Below, piece after piece: positions 39,162-46,397 of a DNA stretch of 64,000 nt. The notes below the pieces were generated by a model that saw only the letters and a program-made list of their open reading frames with translations, searched no databases and was not told where the DNA came from. The stretch's first letter is position 1. Every line of letters begins with the position of its first letter. The position numbers and the translations under genes are program-made. The stretch is from NCBI GenBank assembly GCA_963781705.1, contig CAWAGP010000010.1, positions 746,767-810,766 on the forward strand, written 5' to 3'. Origin of the DNA: an uncultured Chloroflexia bacterium (GTDB lineage Bacteria > Chloroflexota > Limnocylindria > Limnocylindrales > CSP1-4).

Positions 39162-39181
39162 AAGTGTGGATCTCCACACTT
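39162..39181. promoter_or_regulatory. 20-bp inverted repeat AAGTGTGGA-TC-TCCACACTT between the LAL regulator and the downstream operon (candidate operator)
   Basis: Two perfect 9-bp arms with a 2-nt spacer, starting 8 nt after the regulator stop and about 35 nt before the next ATG. The size and symmetry resemble lux-box-type operators. Confidence 0.4.
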
Positions 39182-39216
39182 TCGCGCCCGGTCAGCACGG
39201 GCCTACGGTCGTCCCG

Positions 39217-39492
39217 ATGCATGCGCTCGCGCGGTACATGGTCGAGCTTCGACGTCCTGAAAGGGGATGGCGGGATCTTCAGCAGGCCACCGCCCGTGCC
39301 CGAAAGGTCACCGATGACATGCGCCGTGACGGGGCCCAGCTGCGCTTCCTGCGTGCGATTTTCGTGCCGGAGGACGAGGCCTGCTTCTTTCTCTTCGAAG
39401 GCCCCAGCGCCGCCGCCGTGCGCGATGCCGCCAGCCGGGCCCAACTCGGGCCACTGGTGGTTAGGAAGACGATCAGGGAGGTCGAGGAATGA
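39217..39492 (+). CDS. Small DUF4242-like alpha/beta protein (91 aa)
   Basis: RYMVELRRPE...LRFLRAIFVPEDEACFFLFEGPSAAAVRDA resembles the DUF4242 (SCO4226-like) family. The alternative GTG 39166 lies inside the palindrome. The stop overlaps the next ATG (ATGA). Confidence 0.55.
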   Translation: MHALARYMVELRRPERGWRDLQQATARARKVTDDMRRDGAQLRFLRAIFVPEDEACFFLFEGPSAAAVRDAASRAQLGPLVVRKTIREVEE

Positions 39493-42428
39493 GTAAGCGA
39501 TTGGCGCTCAGCGCACTGGTCGTCAGCCTGGTGTTCACTCCGTTTGTGGGCACTCCGGCCCAGGCGTCATACCCGGGCGCAAACGGAAAGATTGCATTCA
39601 TGAGCTACGCCGCCGGCACAGCTGATATCTGGGTGATGAGTGCCGATGGCTCGGATGCGACCAACCTCACGAGCAACGTCGGAGGCGAAGAGCCCGCCTG
39701 GTCGCCCGATGGGCAGACCATAGCGTTCACCGCGTCGACGGGGCCGGCGACCACGGCGATCTACTCCATGAATGCGGACGGCTCCGGTCGGACGCAGCTG
39801 ACCAGCAGCACTGGACGCGCGATGAGCCCCAGCTGGTCGCCCGACGGACAACAGCTTGCCTTTTCAGGAGGGCCGACTGGCGCAGGCCCAGAAAACATCT
39901 ACGTCATGCAGGCAGACGGTAGCGGCGTAACCGCGCTGACCCAGGGCGGTATCGGCATTGGGAACAGTGACCCACGGTGGTCCCCTGATGGACAGCGGAT
40001 CGCTTTCGACAGGGTGGACGTATTCAACGGCGACGATCCCTTCGGCGAGGTCTACGTGATGGACGCCGACGGATCCAACCTCACCCAAATCACGTTCCCG
40101 GGCAGCGACGCGACGGTCTTCGATCGCAGCCATCCCGCGTGGTCGCCGGACGGCTCGCGGATCGTGTTCGCCGGCGACGGAAACATCTTTTCCATCGATC
40201 CCTCCGGCGCCAATGAGACTCAACTGACCTTCGACGCGGCTTCGGGCGCCTACTACGACTACCCGGCCTGGTCGCCCGACGGGCTGCAGATCGTATTCAT
40301 GGCGCAAGCACCCTTCTGTTGCGCACCGCCGAGTGGCGACGGGGAGATCTTCGTCATGAACTCGGACGGGACGGCGATCACGCCGCTCACTGATGATGCC
40401 TACAACGAGACCACGCCCGATTGGCAGCCCCTGACGGCGTCTCCAAGCGGTGATGTCATCGTCCACGATTGCACCGACCCGCAACTCGTCGAGCTGACCG
40501 TGATTAGTGGCAATCTGATCATCGACAACGTCGCCAATTGCGTTGAGATTTCGCTACCCAACCTCCAGCACGTGGGCGGCAGCGTCCGTATCACGGGCGA
40601 CACGTCAGCTACGGCCATCAATCTGGCCTCCCTCGCCACGACCGGCGGCAGCATCGACATCTCGGGTAACGCCAGTACGACCGTTATCGACCTCTCCTCG
40701 CTCACGAACGCCGGCGGCGCCATCAATATCGCCGACAACGCCAGCACGAGTGTGATCGACCTCTCCTCGCTCACGACCGCCGCCGGCGCAATCGACATCT
40801 CGGATAACGCCAGTACGACCGTTATCGACCTCTCCTCGCTCACGACCGCCGGCGGGGCCATCAATATCGCCGACAACGCCAGCACGAGTGTGATCGACCT
40901 CTCCTCGCTCACGACCGCCGCCGGCGCCATCAACATCGGCGACAACGCCACCACGACCGTGGTCGACCTCTCCTCCCTCACGACAGCGAGCGGCGACATC
41001 AACCTCGAGACCGCCGGCGACGTCGATCTGAGCGGCGTCATGGTGGGCGGCGACGAGACGATTACGGGCAACGGATCGGACTCGGTGTCCGCGCAGACGG
41101 GCGACGGCACTACCGACGTCAGCATTCTGGGCGGGACGGCCTCGATGCAGGTGGTTCTACCGCACGATGCGTTCGTTGAGCCTGTTACGTTCACGATCGA
41201 ACGCCAAAGCGATACCGGCGCGGAACCCGGCAGCGCTGCGGACGGAGGCGCTGCGCAGATCGATCCGGTCGCCGGCTATCAGTTCTCGTTCGCTGTGCCG
41301 ACGCTGAACGTGGACGCGCAGCTCACCTTCACGGTCGATCTCACCCAGCTCGACCACAACACTTCGGTGGCCCTGCTCGCTGGGGTCGAGAATGGCAGTG
41401 CAACAGTCGCCGTCAAAGGTGACGCGCCAGATGCAACGTATCAGGCACTCGCGGTCTGCACTGTTAGCCAATCTCCGGATACGGACGGATGCGTGAAGCG
41501 CGACCTCCTGGGCTCGGATGGCCAGCCAGTCTCAAATCCAACGGATGCCCAGTCAATTCGCTTCCGCGGCGTAGCAGGACACTTCTCTGACTACGTCGTA
41601 GCCCTCGTTTCTTCGACCGACCTGGCGCCACCCTCAATATCGATCACGCTGGATGCGCCGAACGCGGGAACACCAGACGGCCAGAATGGCTGGTTCGTGT
41701 CCGCTCCCGTCCAGGGCACCGTGTCGGCGACCGATGTCAGCACGGGTCTAAGCGCGGTAGTCTCGATCGGCTGCGGATCGCTGGCCTTGGACAAGTCCGG
41801 GATCGGGACCCCGTCAGCGTCGGGAGCCTTCTCCATCCTCACCGATGGGATCGCCCACATATCGTGTGTTGCCACGGACGCCGGAGGCAACTCCACCTCT
41901 CCAGTAACGGCGGAGGTGAAGCTCGACGCCACTGCTCCGACCGTGAGTTTCGTCGGCAATGCCGGCAGCTACGAGCTGCTGGACGACGTTGCGATCGATT
42001 GCGATGCGGAAGACGCAACATCGGGCGTCGCCGCAAGCACCTGCACGTCCATCGCCGCTCCGGCATGGACCTTTGGGGCCGGATCGCACACGGTGCAGGC
42101 TCAGGCTACGGACAGGGCGGGAAACGGCGGCTCGGCATCGGCCACCTTCAGCGTCCACGTTGCCGTCGGTGATCTATGTCAACTGACAAAGCAGTTCGTC
42201 GAGAGTTCGCACAGATATCTGTCGCTCGGGCGGATTGCGCGCCATGTGGTTGATCGAGTGAGCAATGCTGCGTGTGCAACTTTGCGGGCCATCTTTCCGC
42301 ATATGCGATCAACGGCCAGAAACAGGCTGATTGAAGCGTACGAAGCCGGTGTGTCCGCATGGGTCAAACCCGGCTGGTTGACGCCCGATCAGGCTGACAT
42401 CCTGCGCGACCTCGCGCAGGCGATGTAG
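39489..42428 (+). CDS. Large secreted multidomain protein: signal peptide, TolB-like PD40 beta-propeller, 23-residue LRR-like repeat array, Ig-like domains and a helical C-terminal domain
   Basis: MSKRLALSALVVSLVFTPFVGTPAQA (signal peptide). Repeated WSPDGQ(T/Q/R)IAF / WSPDGSRIVF / WSPDGLQIVF blades. Six units of VIDLSSLTTAGGAINIADNASTS. Later beta-rich segments resemble Ig-like/bacterial adhesin domains (weaker call). Confidence 0.8.
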   Translation: MSKRLALSALVVSLVFTPFVGTPAQASYPGANGKIAFMSYAAGTADIWVMSADGSDATNLTSNVGGEEPAWSPDGQTIAFTASTGPATTAIYSMNADGSGRTQLTSSTGRAMSPSWSPDGQQLAFSGGPTGAGPENIYVMQADGSGVTALTQGGIGIGNSDPRWSPDGQRIAFDRVDVFNGDDPFGEVYVMDADGSNLTQITFPGSDATVFDRSHPAWSPDGSRIVFAGDGNIFSIDPSGANETQLTFDAASGAYYDYPAWSPDGLQIVFMAQAPFCCAPPSGDGEIFVMNSDGTAITPLTDDAYNETTPDWQPLTASPSGDVIVHDCTDPQLVELTVISGNLIIDNVANCVEISLPNLQHVGGSVRITGDTSATAINLASLATTGGSIDISGNASTTVIDLSSLTNAGGAINIADNASTSVIDLSSLTTAAGAIDISDNASTTVIDLSSLTTAGGAINIADNASTSVIDLSSLTTAAGAINIGDNATTTVVDLSSLTTASGDINLETAGDVDLSGVMVGGDETITGNGSDSVSAQTGDGTTDVSILGGTASMQVVLPHDAFVEPVTFTIERQSDTGAEPGSAADGGAAQIDPVAGYQFSFAVPTLNVDAQLTFTVDLTQLDHNTSVALLAGVENGSATVAVKGDAPDATYQALAVCTVSQSPDTDGCVKRDLLGSDGQPVSNPTDAQSIRFRGVAGHFSDYVVALVSSTDLAPPSISITLDAPNAGTPDGQNGWFVSAPVQGTVSATDVSTGLSAVVSIGCGSLALDKSGIGTPSASGAFSILTDGIAHISCVATDAGGNSTSPVTAEVKLDATAPTVSFVGNAGSYELLDDVAIDCDAEDATSGVAASTCTSIAAPAWTFGAGSHTVQAQATDRAGNGGSASATFSVHVAVGDLCQLTKQFVESSHRYLSLGRIARHVVDRVSNAACATLRAIFPHMRSTARNRLIEAYEAGVSAWVKPGWLTPDQADILRDLAQAM
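40614..41027 (+). repeat. In-frame tandem repeat array, 6 x 69 bp (23 aa), with a 138-bp higher-order unit nearly identical at the DNA level
   Basis: Unit starts are at 40614, 40683, 40752, 40821, 40890 and 40959. Units 2/4 and 3/5 are almost identical in nucleotide sequence. Confidence 0.9.
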
Positions 42429-42461
42429 CAGGCTGAGTAGGCGCGCAGGCTGAGCAGGCGC
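42428..42461 (+). repeat. Tandem duplication of the 17-nt unit GCAGGCTGAG(T/C)AGGCGC just upstream of rnpB
   Basis: The two copies (42428-42444 and 42445-42461) differ at one position. The first copy overlaps the stop codon of the secreted-protein gene. Confidence 0.7.
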
Positions 42462-42471
42462 GACGCCACGG

Positions 42472-42477
42472 TAGAAT
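42472..42477 (+). promoter_or_regulatory. Putative -10 element (TAGAAT) for rnpB
   Basis: TAGAAT lies 6-8 nt upstream of the predicted 5' end of the P1 helix. No convincing -35 element. Confidence 0.35.
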
Positions 42478-42482
42478 CTCGA

Positions 42483-42840
42483 GGCCAGCGAGACGATTGG
42501 ACGGTCGCGTGTCCCGTCGGCGCAAGCCGTTACCGACACGAGGAAAGTCCGAGCTCCGCGACGCAGGGTAGCGGGTAACTCCCGTCCGCCGAGAGGCGAG
42601 GACCAGCGCCACAGAGACGAGCCGGCAGACCGGGCAACCGGTTGGGCTGGGTGAAACGGGCAAGCTCTACCTGGAGCAAGGCCAAATAGGAAAGCGCGCC
42701 AGGCGCAAGCCTGGCAGGGGTGCGTCGCCTCGCTTTCGGGTCGGCCGCTAGAGGCGTCGGGCAACCGCCGCCGTAGATGGATGACCGTCCCCGCGCTTAG
42801 CGCGGGACAGAACTCGGCTTACAGATCGTCTCGCTGGCTC
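42483..42840 (+). ncRNA. rnpB: RNase P RNA, bacterial type A
   Basis: Contains GAGGAAAGTCCGAGCTCC (CR-I) and GGGACAGAACTCGGCTTACAG (CR-V). The terminal P1 helix pairs CCAGCGAGACGAT (42485-42497) with ATCGTCTCGCTGG (42825-42837). Ends are approximate, to within a few nt. Confidence 0.93.
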
Positions 42841-42865
42841 ATCTTGCCGGCCGGCCTGGGCGGGC

Positions 42866-43111
42866 TCAGTCGGAGTCGGGCCGGAACAGGCCGTTGAAGG
42901 TGCACGCCTCGCATATCGAGCGCGCCGAGTCGAGGTCGCCCAGCGTGGCCGGCGCGCGGCGATCGGGGAAGGTGCACACAGCCTCATACACGGGCAGGCT
43001 GCGCGCTCGCGCGAGCGTCGTGATCTTGCGGAACGTGCAGCGACGCAGCGGCGCAGCCGGACCTGCCGGCGGGCGCTCACCAATGGCGATACTGCGGGCC
43101 ATGATTGCCAT
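42866..43111 (-). CDS. Small Cys-containing hypothetical protein (81 aa)
   Basis: MAIMARSIAIGERPP...CTFRKITT...CTFPDRR...ICEACTFNGLFRPDSD has four Cys, three of them in a recurring CTF context. I recognise no family and there is no strong RBS. Confidence 0.4.
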   Translation of the reverse strand: MAIMARSIAIGERPPAGPAAPLRRCTFRKITTLARARSLPVYEAVCTFPDRRAPATLGDLDSARSICEACTFNGLFRPDSD

Positions 43112-43171
43112 GGGTGGCAGGTTAGGCCTGGAAGGCTGGTGCGCCAAGGCAACCAGCAGTACTAAGAGCGC

Positions 43172-43867
43172 GTGACAGTCGGTAGCATCCGCCCCGTGGA
43201 CCTGGTCGACACCGAGCATCGGCAGCCCGGCGTGGTGGATGCCGTCGTCTACCTCGTGGGGGTCGTGGGCGCGGTCGCGAGCCTGGCCATCATCTTCCTG
43301 TCCATGCGTGCGGTCATGGACGTTGGCGGCTTCTGCGCTGAAGGCGGGCCGTATCAGATCCAGACGCCATGCCCTGACGGTATCGCCTTGCTGCTACCGC
43401 TGGCCATCTTCGGCCTGATCGGCTCCGGCGCCGTGGTCGCCGCCAAGGGCACCACGCTGGGTCCGCCGTACGCCGCGCTGGTCGGCTTGCTGTGGCCCGG
43501 CCTGTTCCTGAGCCTGGGTTGGAACTTCCTGCAGTACGGAGTGTTCGATGCGACCGACGGGGTGGTGTGGGGCTGGCTCATCCCGGGTGTGCTGTTCGTG
43601 CTGATGGGTCTCGGGCCGCTCGCCCTGGGTTCACCCTTCGGCCACACCGGGCGGATGGGTTCCGCGCGCAACAGCCTGGCCGGCCACGTCGGGCCACGGC
43701 CCGGCGATTCGGGCTGGACCATATGGCCCGGCGAGACACCCGCAACCGCCACGGCGGATCTCGTGTCGCAGCTAGAGCGCCTGGCGCGGCTTCACCAGAG
43801 CGGCGCGCTCGACGATCACGAATACCAGCGCGCCAAACAGGTGCTGCTCGACCGGACCCAGTCGTGA
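43172..43867 (+). CDS. Membrane protein with a C-terminal SHOCT domain
   Basis: Four hydrophobic segments followed by LVSQLERLARLHQSGALDDHEYQRAKQVLL, the SHOCT short C-terminal motif. GTG start. Confidence 0.7.
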   Translation: MTVGSIRPVDLVDTEHRQPGVVDAVVYLVGVVGAVASLAIIFLSMRAVMDVGGFCAEGGPYQIQTPCPDGIALLLPLAIFGLIGSGAVVAAKGTTLGPPYAALVGLLWPGLFLSLGWNFLQYGVFDATDGVVWGWLIPGVLFVLMGLGPLALGSPFGHTGRMGSARNSLAGHVGPRPGDSGWTIWPGETPATATADLVSQLERLARLHQSGALDDHEYQRAKQVLLDRTQS

Positions 43868-43893
43868 GCTTTCTCCGGACGCCGGGCGGGAGG

Positions 43894-43980
43894 ATGTCGG
43901 TGCTCATGGCCGGGTTGATCGTGGCGGCCGTCGTCGTCGGCGTAGCCGCCGGAGTCTGGATCTTCGTCGCGCTGACCTAG
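43894..43980 (+). CDS. Possible 24-28-aa single-TM micropeptide
   Basis: MSVLMAGLIVAAVVVGVAAGVWIFVALT. GGGAGG sits immediately upstream, and the spacing suits GTG 43900 or ATG 43906 better than ATG 43894. Followed by the hairpin CCGGCC...GGCCGG. Confidence 0.25.
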   Translation: MSVLMAGLIVAAVVVGVAAGVWIFVALT

Positions 43981-44121
43981 CCGGCCTGCAGGCGGCCGGC
44001 CGTCCCACTCGTCCTCGATCGCGACGCCGCGCTCACAGGCGCATGTCCGCACGCGGCTACGAGCGCCCGCCCGCGTAGGCGGCAACGCCAGCCAAGCGGT
44101 GACCAGTGTGCCGATTGGGGC

Positions 44122-44150
44122 TTGACGTGGCGGCACAGCCCACTATCATG
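44122..44150 (+). promoter_or_regulatory. Sigma-70-type promoter of the dcw cluster (Pmra): -35 TTGACG, 17-bp spacer, -10 TATCAT
   Basis: TTGACG at 44122-44127 and TATCAT at 44145-44150, about 140 nt upstream of the mraZ GTG. Confidence 0.6.
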
Positions 44151-44154
44151 CGGC

Positions 44155-44181
44155 GAAGTGGTCCAAAGTGGATCAAAGTGG
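44155..44181 (+). promoter_or_regulatory. Three direct repeats (G/A)AAGTGG at 10-bp periodicity: putative MraZ operator
   Basis: GAAGTGG (44155-44161), AAAGTGG (44165-44171) and AAAGTGG (44175-44181), immediately downstream of the -10 element. Confidence 0.6.
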
Positions 44182-44289
44182 GGAGACAGGGTGGAAGTCG
44201 CTCGATCACCCGGGGGCAAAGATCGCCGTGGGTGGTGAGGACGACTGCTTACTCCGAGTCCAGGGCAGTGGCCGGTCAGAGGTAATCGC

Positions 44290-44718
44290 GTGTTCACCGG
44301 TGAGTACCGTCACACGATCGACTCGAAGGGGCGCGTAGCCGTGCCCGCGCGGTTCCGCGCCGAGCTCGACGCCGGTGCCCACGTCAGCCGCTGGATCGAC
44401 AACTGCCTGGCCATATTTCCCGATGCCGAGTGGCAGAAGCTGGCCGGCGGCGTTTCCGGGTTGCGGTTTGCCGACGCCAGCGCCCGCGCGTTCTCGCGCT
44501 TCGTCTTCTCCGGTGCCTATGAGGTCGAACTCGACAAGCAGGGCCGGCTGGTGCTGCCGGGCGCGTTGCGCGAATTCGCCGGTCTGGGGTCGGAGGTCGT
44601 CGTAGCCGGGGCAGGCGAGCACGTCGAGCTCTGGCCGCCCGAGCGCTGGGCGGAGTACAGCGCTGACCTGGCCAACCCCGAGACGTTCGCCGCGCGCATC
44701 GGCGACCTGGGCATATAG
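44290..44718 (+). CDS. mraZ: Transcriptional regulator MraZ
   Basis: MFTGEYRHTIDSKGRVAVPARFR and a second DKQGRLVLPGALREFA (duplicated SpoVT/AbrB-like DxxxR motifs). Confidence 0.93.
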   Translation: MFTGEYRHTIDSKGRVAVPARFRAELDAGAHVSRWIDNCLAIFPDAEWQKLAGGVSGLRFADASARAFSRFVFSGAYEVELDKQGRLVLPGALREFAGLGSEVVVAGAGEHVELWPPERWAEYSADLANPETFAARIGDLGI

Positions 44719-44729
44719 GGCCCCACTAG

Positions 44730-45719
44730 ATGAGCCTTCAGGGTTCGCAGGAGCCACAGCCGACGGCAGTTGACGTGGAGGAAGGGCACCTGCCGGTGAT
44801 GGTGGAAGAGGTGTTGGAATCCCTTTCACCCACTCCCGGCAGTCTCCAGATAGATGCAACCGTCGGCGGTGGTGGGCACGCCTTGCGGATCCTGAAGGCC
44901 AACCAACCTGATGGCCGCCTGCTCGGTCTCGACGCCGATCAGGCGGCCATCGCCAGATCGCGCACCCGGCTGGCCGGCTTCGGCGATCGCGTGACGCTCC
45001 GCCAGGCCAATTTCGAGGAGCTCGGCCCGGTGGCCGGCGCGACAGGCTTCAGACCCGCCGACGGGGTGCTGTTCGACCTCGGCCTCAGCTCGTACCAGCT
45101 AGCCGACGAGACGCGCTCGTTCAGTTTCCGATCCGAAGGCGCCCTCGATATGCGCTTCGACACAAGCCGGGGCGTGCCCGCCAGTTCGCTGGTGAATGAA
45201 CTCGACGAGGACCAGCTGGCCGACATCTTTCGGCGCTACGGCGAGGAGCCGCAGGCACGCCGGATCGCCCGTGCGATCGTGGTCCGGCGCGGCCGACAAC
45301 AGATCATGACCGGCAGACAGCTCGCTGATGTGGTGGCCGCCGTCGCTCCCGTTCCTCCTCGCGGTCGACGGCGCGTCCACCCTGCCACGCGCGTGTTCCA
45401 GGCGCTGCGCATCGCGGTCAACCGTGAGCTCGAGACGTTGCCGGTGGCCCTCGCCGCGGCGGTCGACGTGCTGCGCGGCGACGGCCGGCTGGCGGTCATC
45501 AGCTACCACTCGCTGGAGGACCGCATCGTCAAGCGCTTCATCGCCGCGGAACGCAAGGGCTGCATCTGTCCACCGCAGGCGCCGGTGTGCGTGTGCGGGC
45601 GTTCGCCGCGTCTCGCACCCGTGGGGATCCAGCCACGCCGCCCACAGCCGCAGGAAGTGGCGCGTAACCCGCGCTCGCGCAGCGCGCTGCTGCGCGCTGC
45701 GCGACGGCTGGCGGCGTAG
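44730..45719 (+). CDS. rsmH: 16S rRNA (cytosine1402-N4)-methyltransferase RsmH
   Basis: HLPVMVEEVLESL, DATVGGGGHA, GVLFDLGLSSYQL, ISYHSLEDRIVK and NPRSRSA. Confidence 0.93.
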   Translation: MSLQGSQEPQPTAVDVEEGHLPVMVEEVLESLSPTPGSLQIDATVGGGGHALRILKANQPDGRLLGLDADQAAIARSRTRLAGFGDRVTLRQANFEELGPVAGATGFRPADGVLFDLGLSSYQLADETRSFSFRSEGALDMRFDTSRGVPASSLVNELDEDQLADIFRRYGEEPQARRIARAIVVRRGRQQIMTGRQLADVVAAVAPVPPRGRRRVHPATRVFQALRIAVNRELETLPVALAAAVDVLRGDGRLAVISYHSLEDRIVKRFIAAERKGCICPPQAPVCVCGRSPRLAPVGIQPRRPQPQEVARNPRSRSALLRAARRLAA

Positions 45720-45750
45720 GGCAGCGGCGAGCAGAGGAGGGCGGCGCGGG

Positions 45751-45942
45751 ATGGGCCACCGGCACCAGGGCCAGCGGCGGCGCAACTATGGCCGCCGACA
45801 GCATGAGCTGCGCGAGCGCCGGCCCGACTCAGCCGGCCGAGGCGAATGGCCGGTCAATGAAAACACCCTCGAATGGGGCTTGATCAATCTCGACGCTGAA
45901 GATCGACATTTGGATGGTCGGCTGGGCGGCCAAACCAGATGA
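45751..45942 (+). CDS. Possible small ORF (63 aa) between rsmH and ftsL
   Basis: ATG preceded by GAGGAGG (45734-45740). Its stop overlaps the annotated ftsL ATG (ATGA). Basic N-terminus, with a lower-GC patch at 45851-45915. No family recognised. It could instead be the 5' part of ftsL, separated by an indel. Confidence 0.25.
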   Translation: MGHRHQGQRRRNYGRRQHELRERRPDSAGRGEWPVNENTLEWGLINLDAEDRHLDGRLGGQTR

Positions 45943-46394
45943 CGGTCCTTGGCGGCGCGCGCCCGCTACCAGGCGCGGTACGGTTTCCCGAATCCGCCCG
46001 ACGGGCGGCCGGGCGACCGGCGGGCGCGCGCCCTTCCCCTCCTGTGCGCCCAGGGGCGGTGCCGGCCGGTCGCGTCGGCGTCGGCGCCGTCCCGCGCCGG
46101 CGCCTGTCCAGCCCGTCACGCGCCGGGAACCGGCGCAACCCGGTGGCAATCCTGATGGCGGTCGTTCTGGTCGTATTTCTGGTCAGCCTCGTCTACCTCG
46201 CGCAGGCGGTTCAGCTGGCAGCCACCAACCTCTCGATAGACCAGCTCGTCAGCCAGCGCGACGATCTGCATCGCCAGGTACAGAACCTCGAAACCAACGT
46301 GCTGACGTGGGGCGCGGAGGCGAATGTGCTCGCCCAGGCCCAGCGGTCGGGCCTAGACCAACTGGGCCCAGGGGTCCGGTTGCCGGCGCGCTGA
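45939..46394 (+). CDS. ftsL: Cell division protein FtsL-like (single TM plus coiled coil)
   Basis: NPVAILMAVVLVVFLVSLVYLAQAV (TM) is followed by the heptad-like LSIDQLVSQRDDLHRQVQNLETNV. It sits between rsmH and ftsI. The N-terminal boundary is uncertain. Confidence 0.65.
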   Translation: MTVLGGARPLPGAVRFPESARRAAGRPAGARPSPPVRPGAVPAGRVGVGAVPRRRLSSPSRAGNRRNPVAILMAVVLVVFLVSLVYLAQAVQLAATNLSIDQLVSQRDDLHRQVQNLETNVLTWGAEANVLAQAQRSGLDQLGPGVRLPAR

Positions 46395-46397
46395 CCG

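Noticed and set aside
39166-39216. GTG 39166 as the start of the DUF4242-like ORF
   Set aside because: It lies inside the 20-bp inverted repeat. The family-like sequence (RYMVE...) begins just after ATG 39217. The longer form remains possible.
40614-41027. Possible CRISPR array or non-coding satellite, given the regular 69-bp repeats
   Set aside because: The repeats are directly adjacent with no spacers, are in frame within a long ORF, and encode a coherent 23-aa structural repeat. No cas genes are present.
36300-42480. Calling the lower-GC LAL/secreted-protein region a mobile genomic island
   Set aside because: I saw no integrase, transposase, flanking direct repeats or duplicated rnpB fragment. 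Only composition and location are suggestive, so it is reported as a finding rather than a mobile_element feature.
42309-42764. 151-aa and 99-aa ORFs on the minus strand
   Set aside because: They overlap the RNase P RNA gene, whose conserved CR-I/CR-V sequences and P1 helix explain this region.
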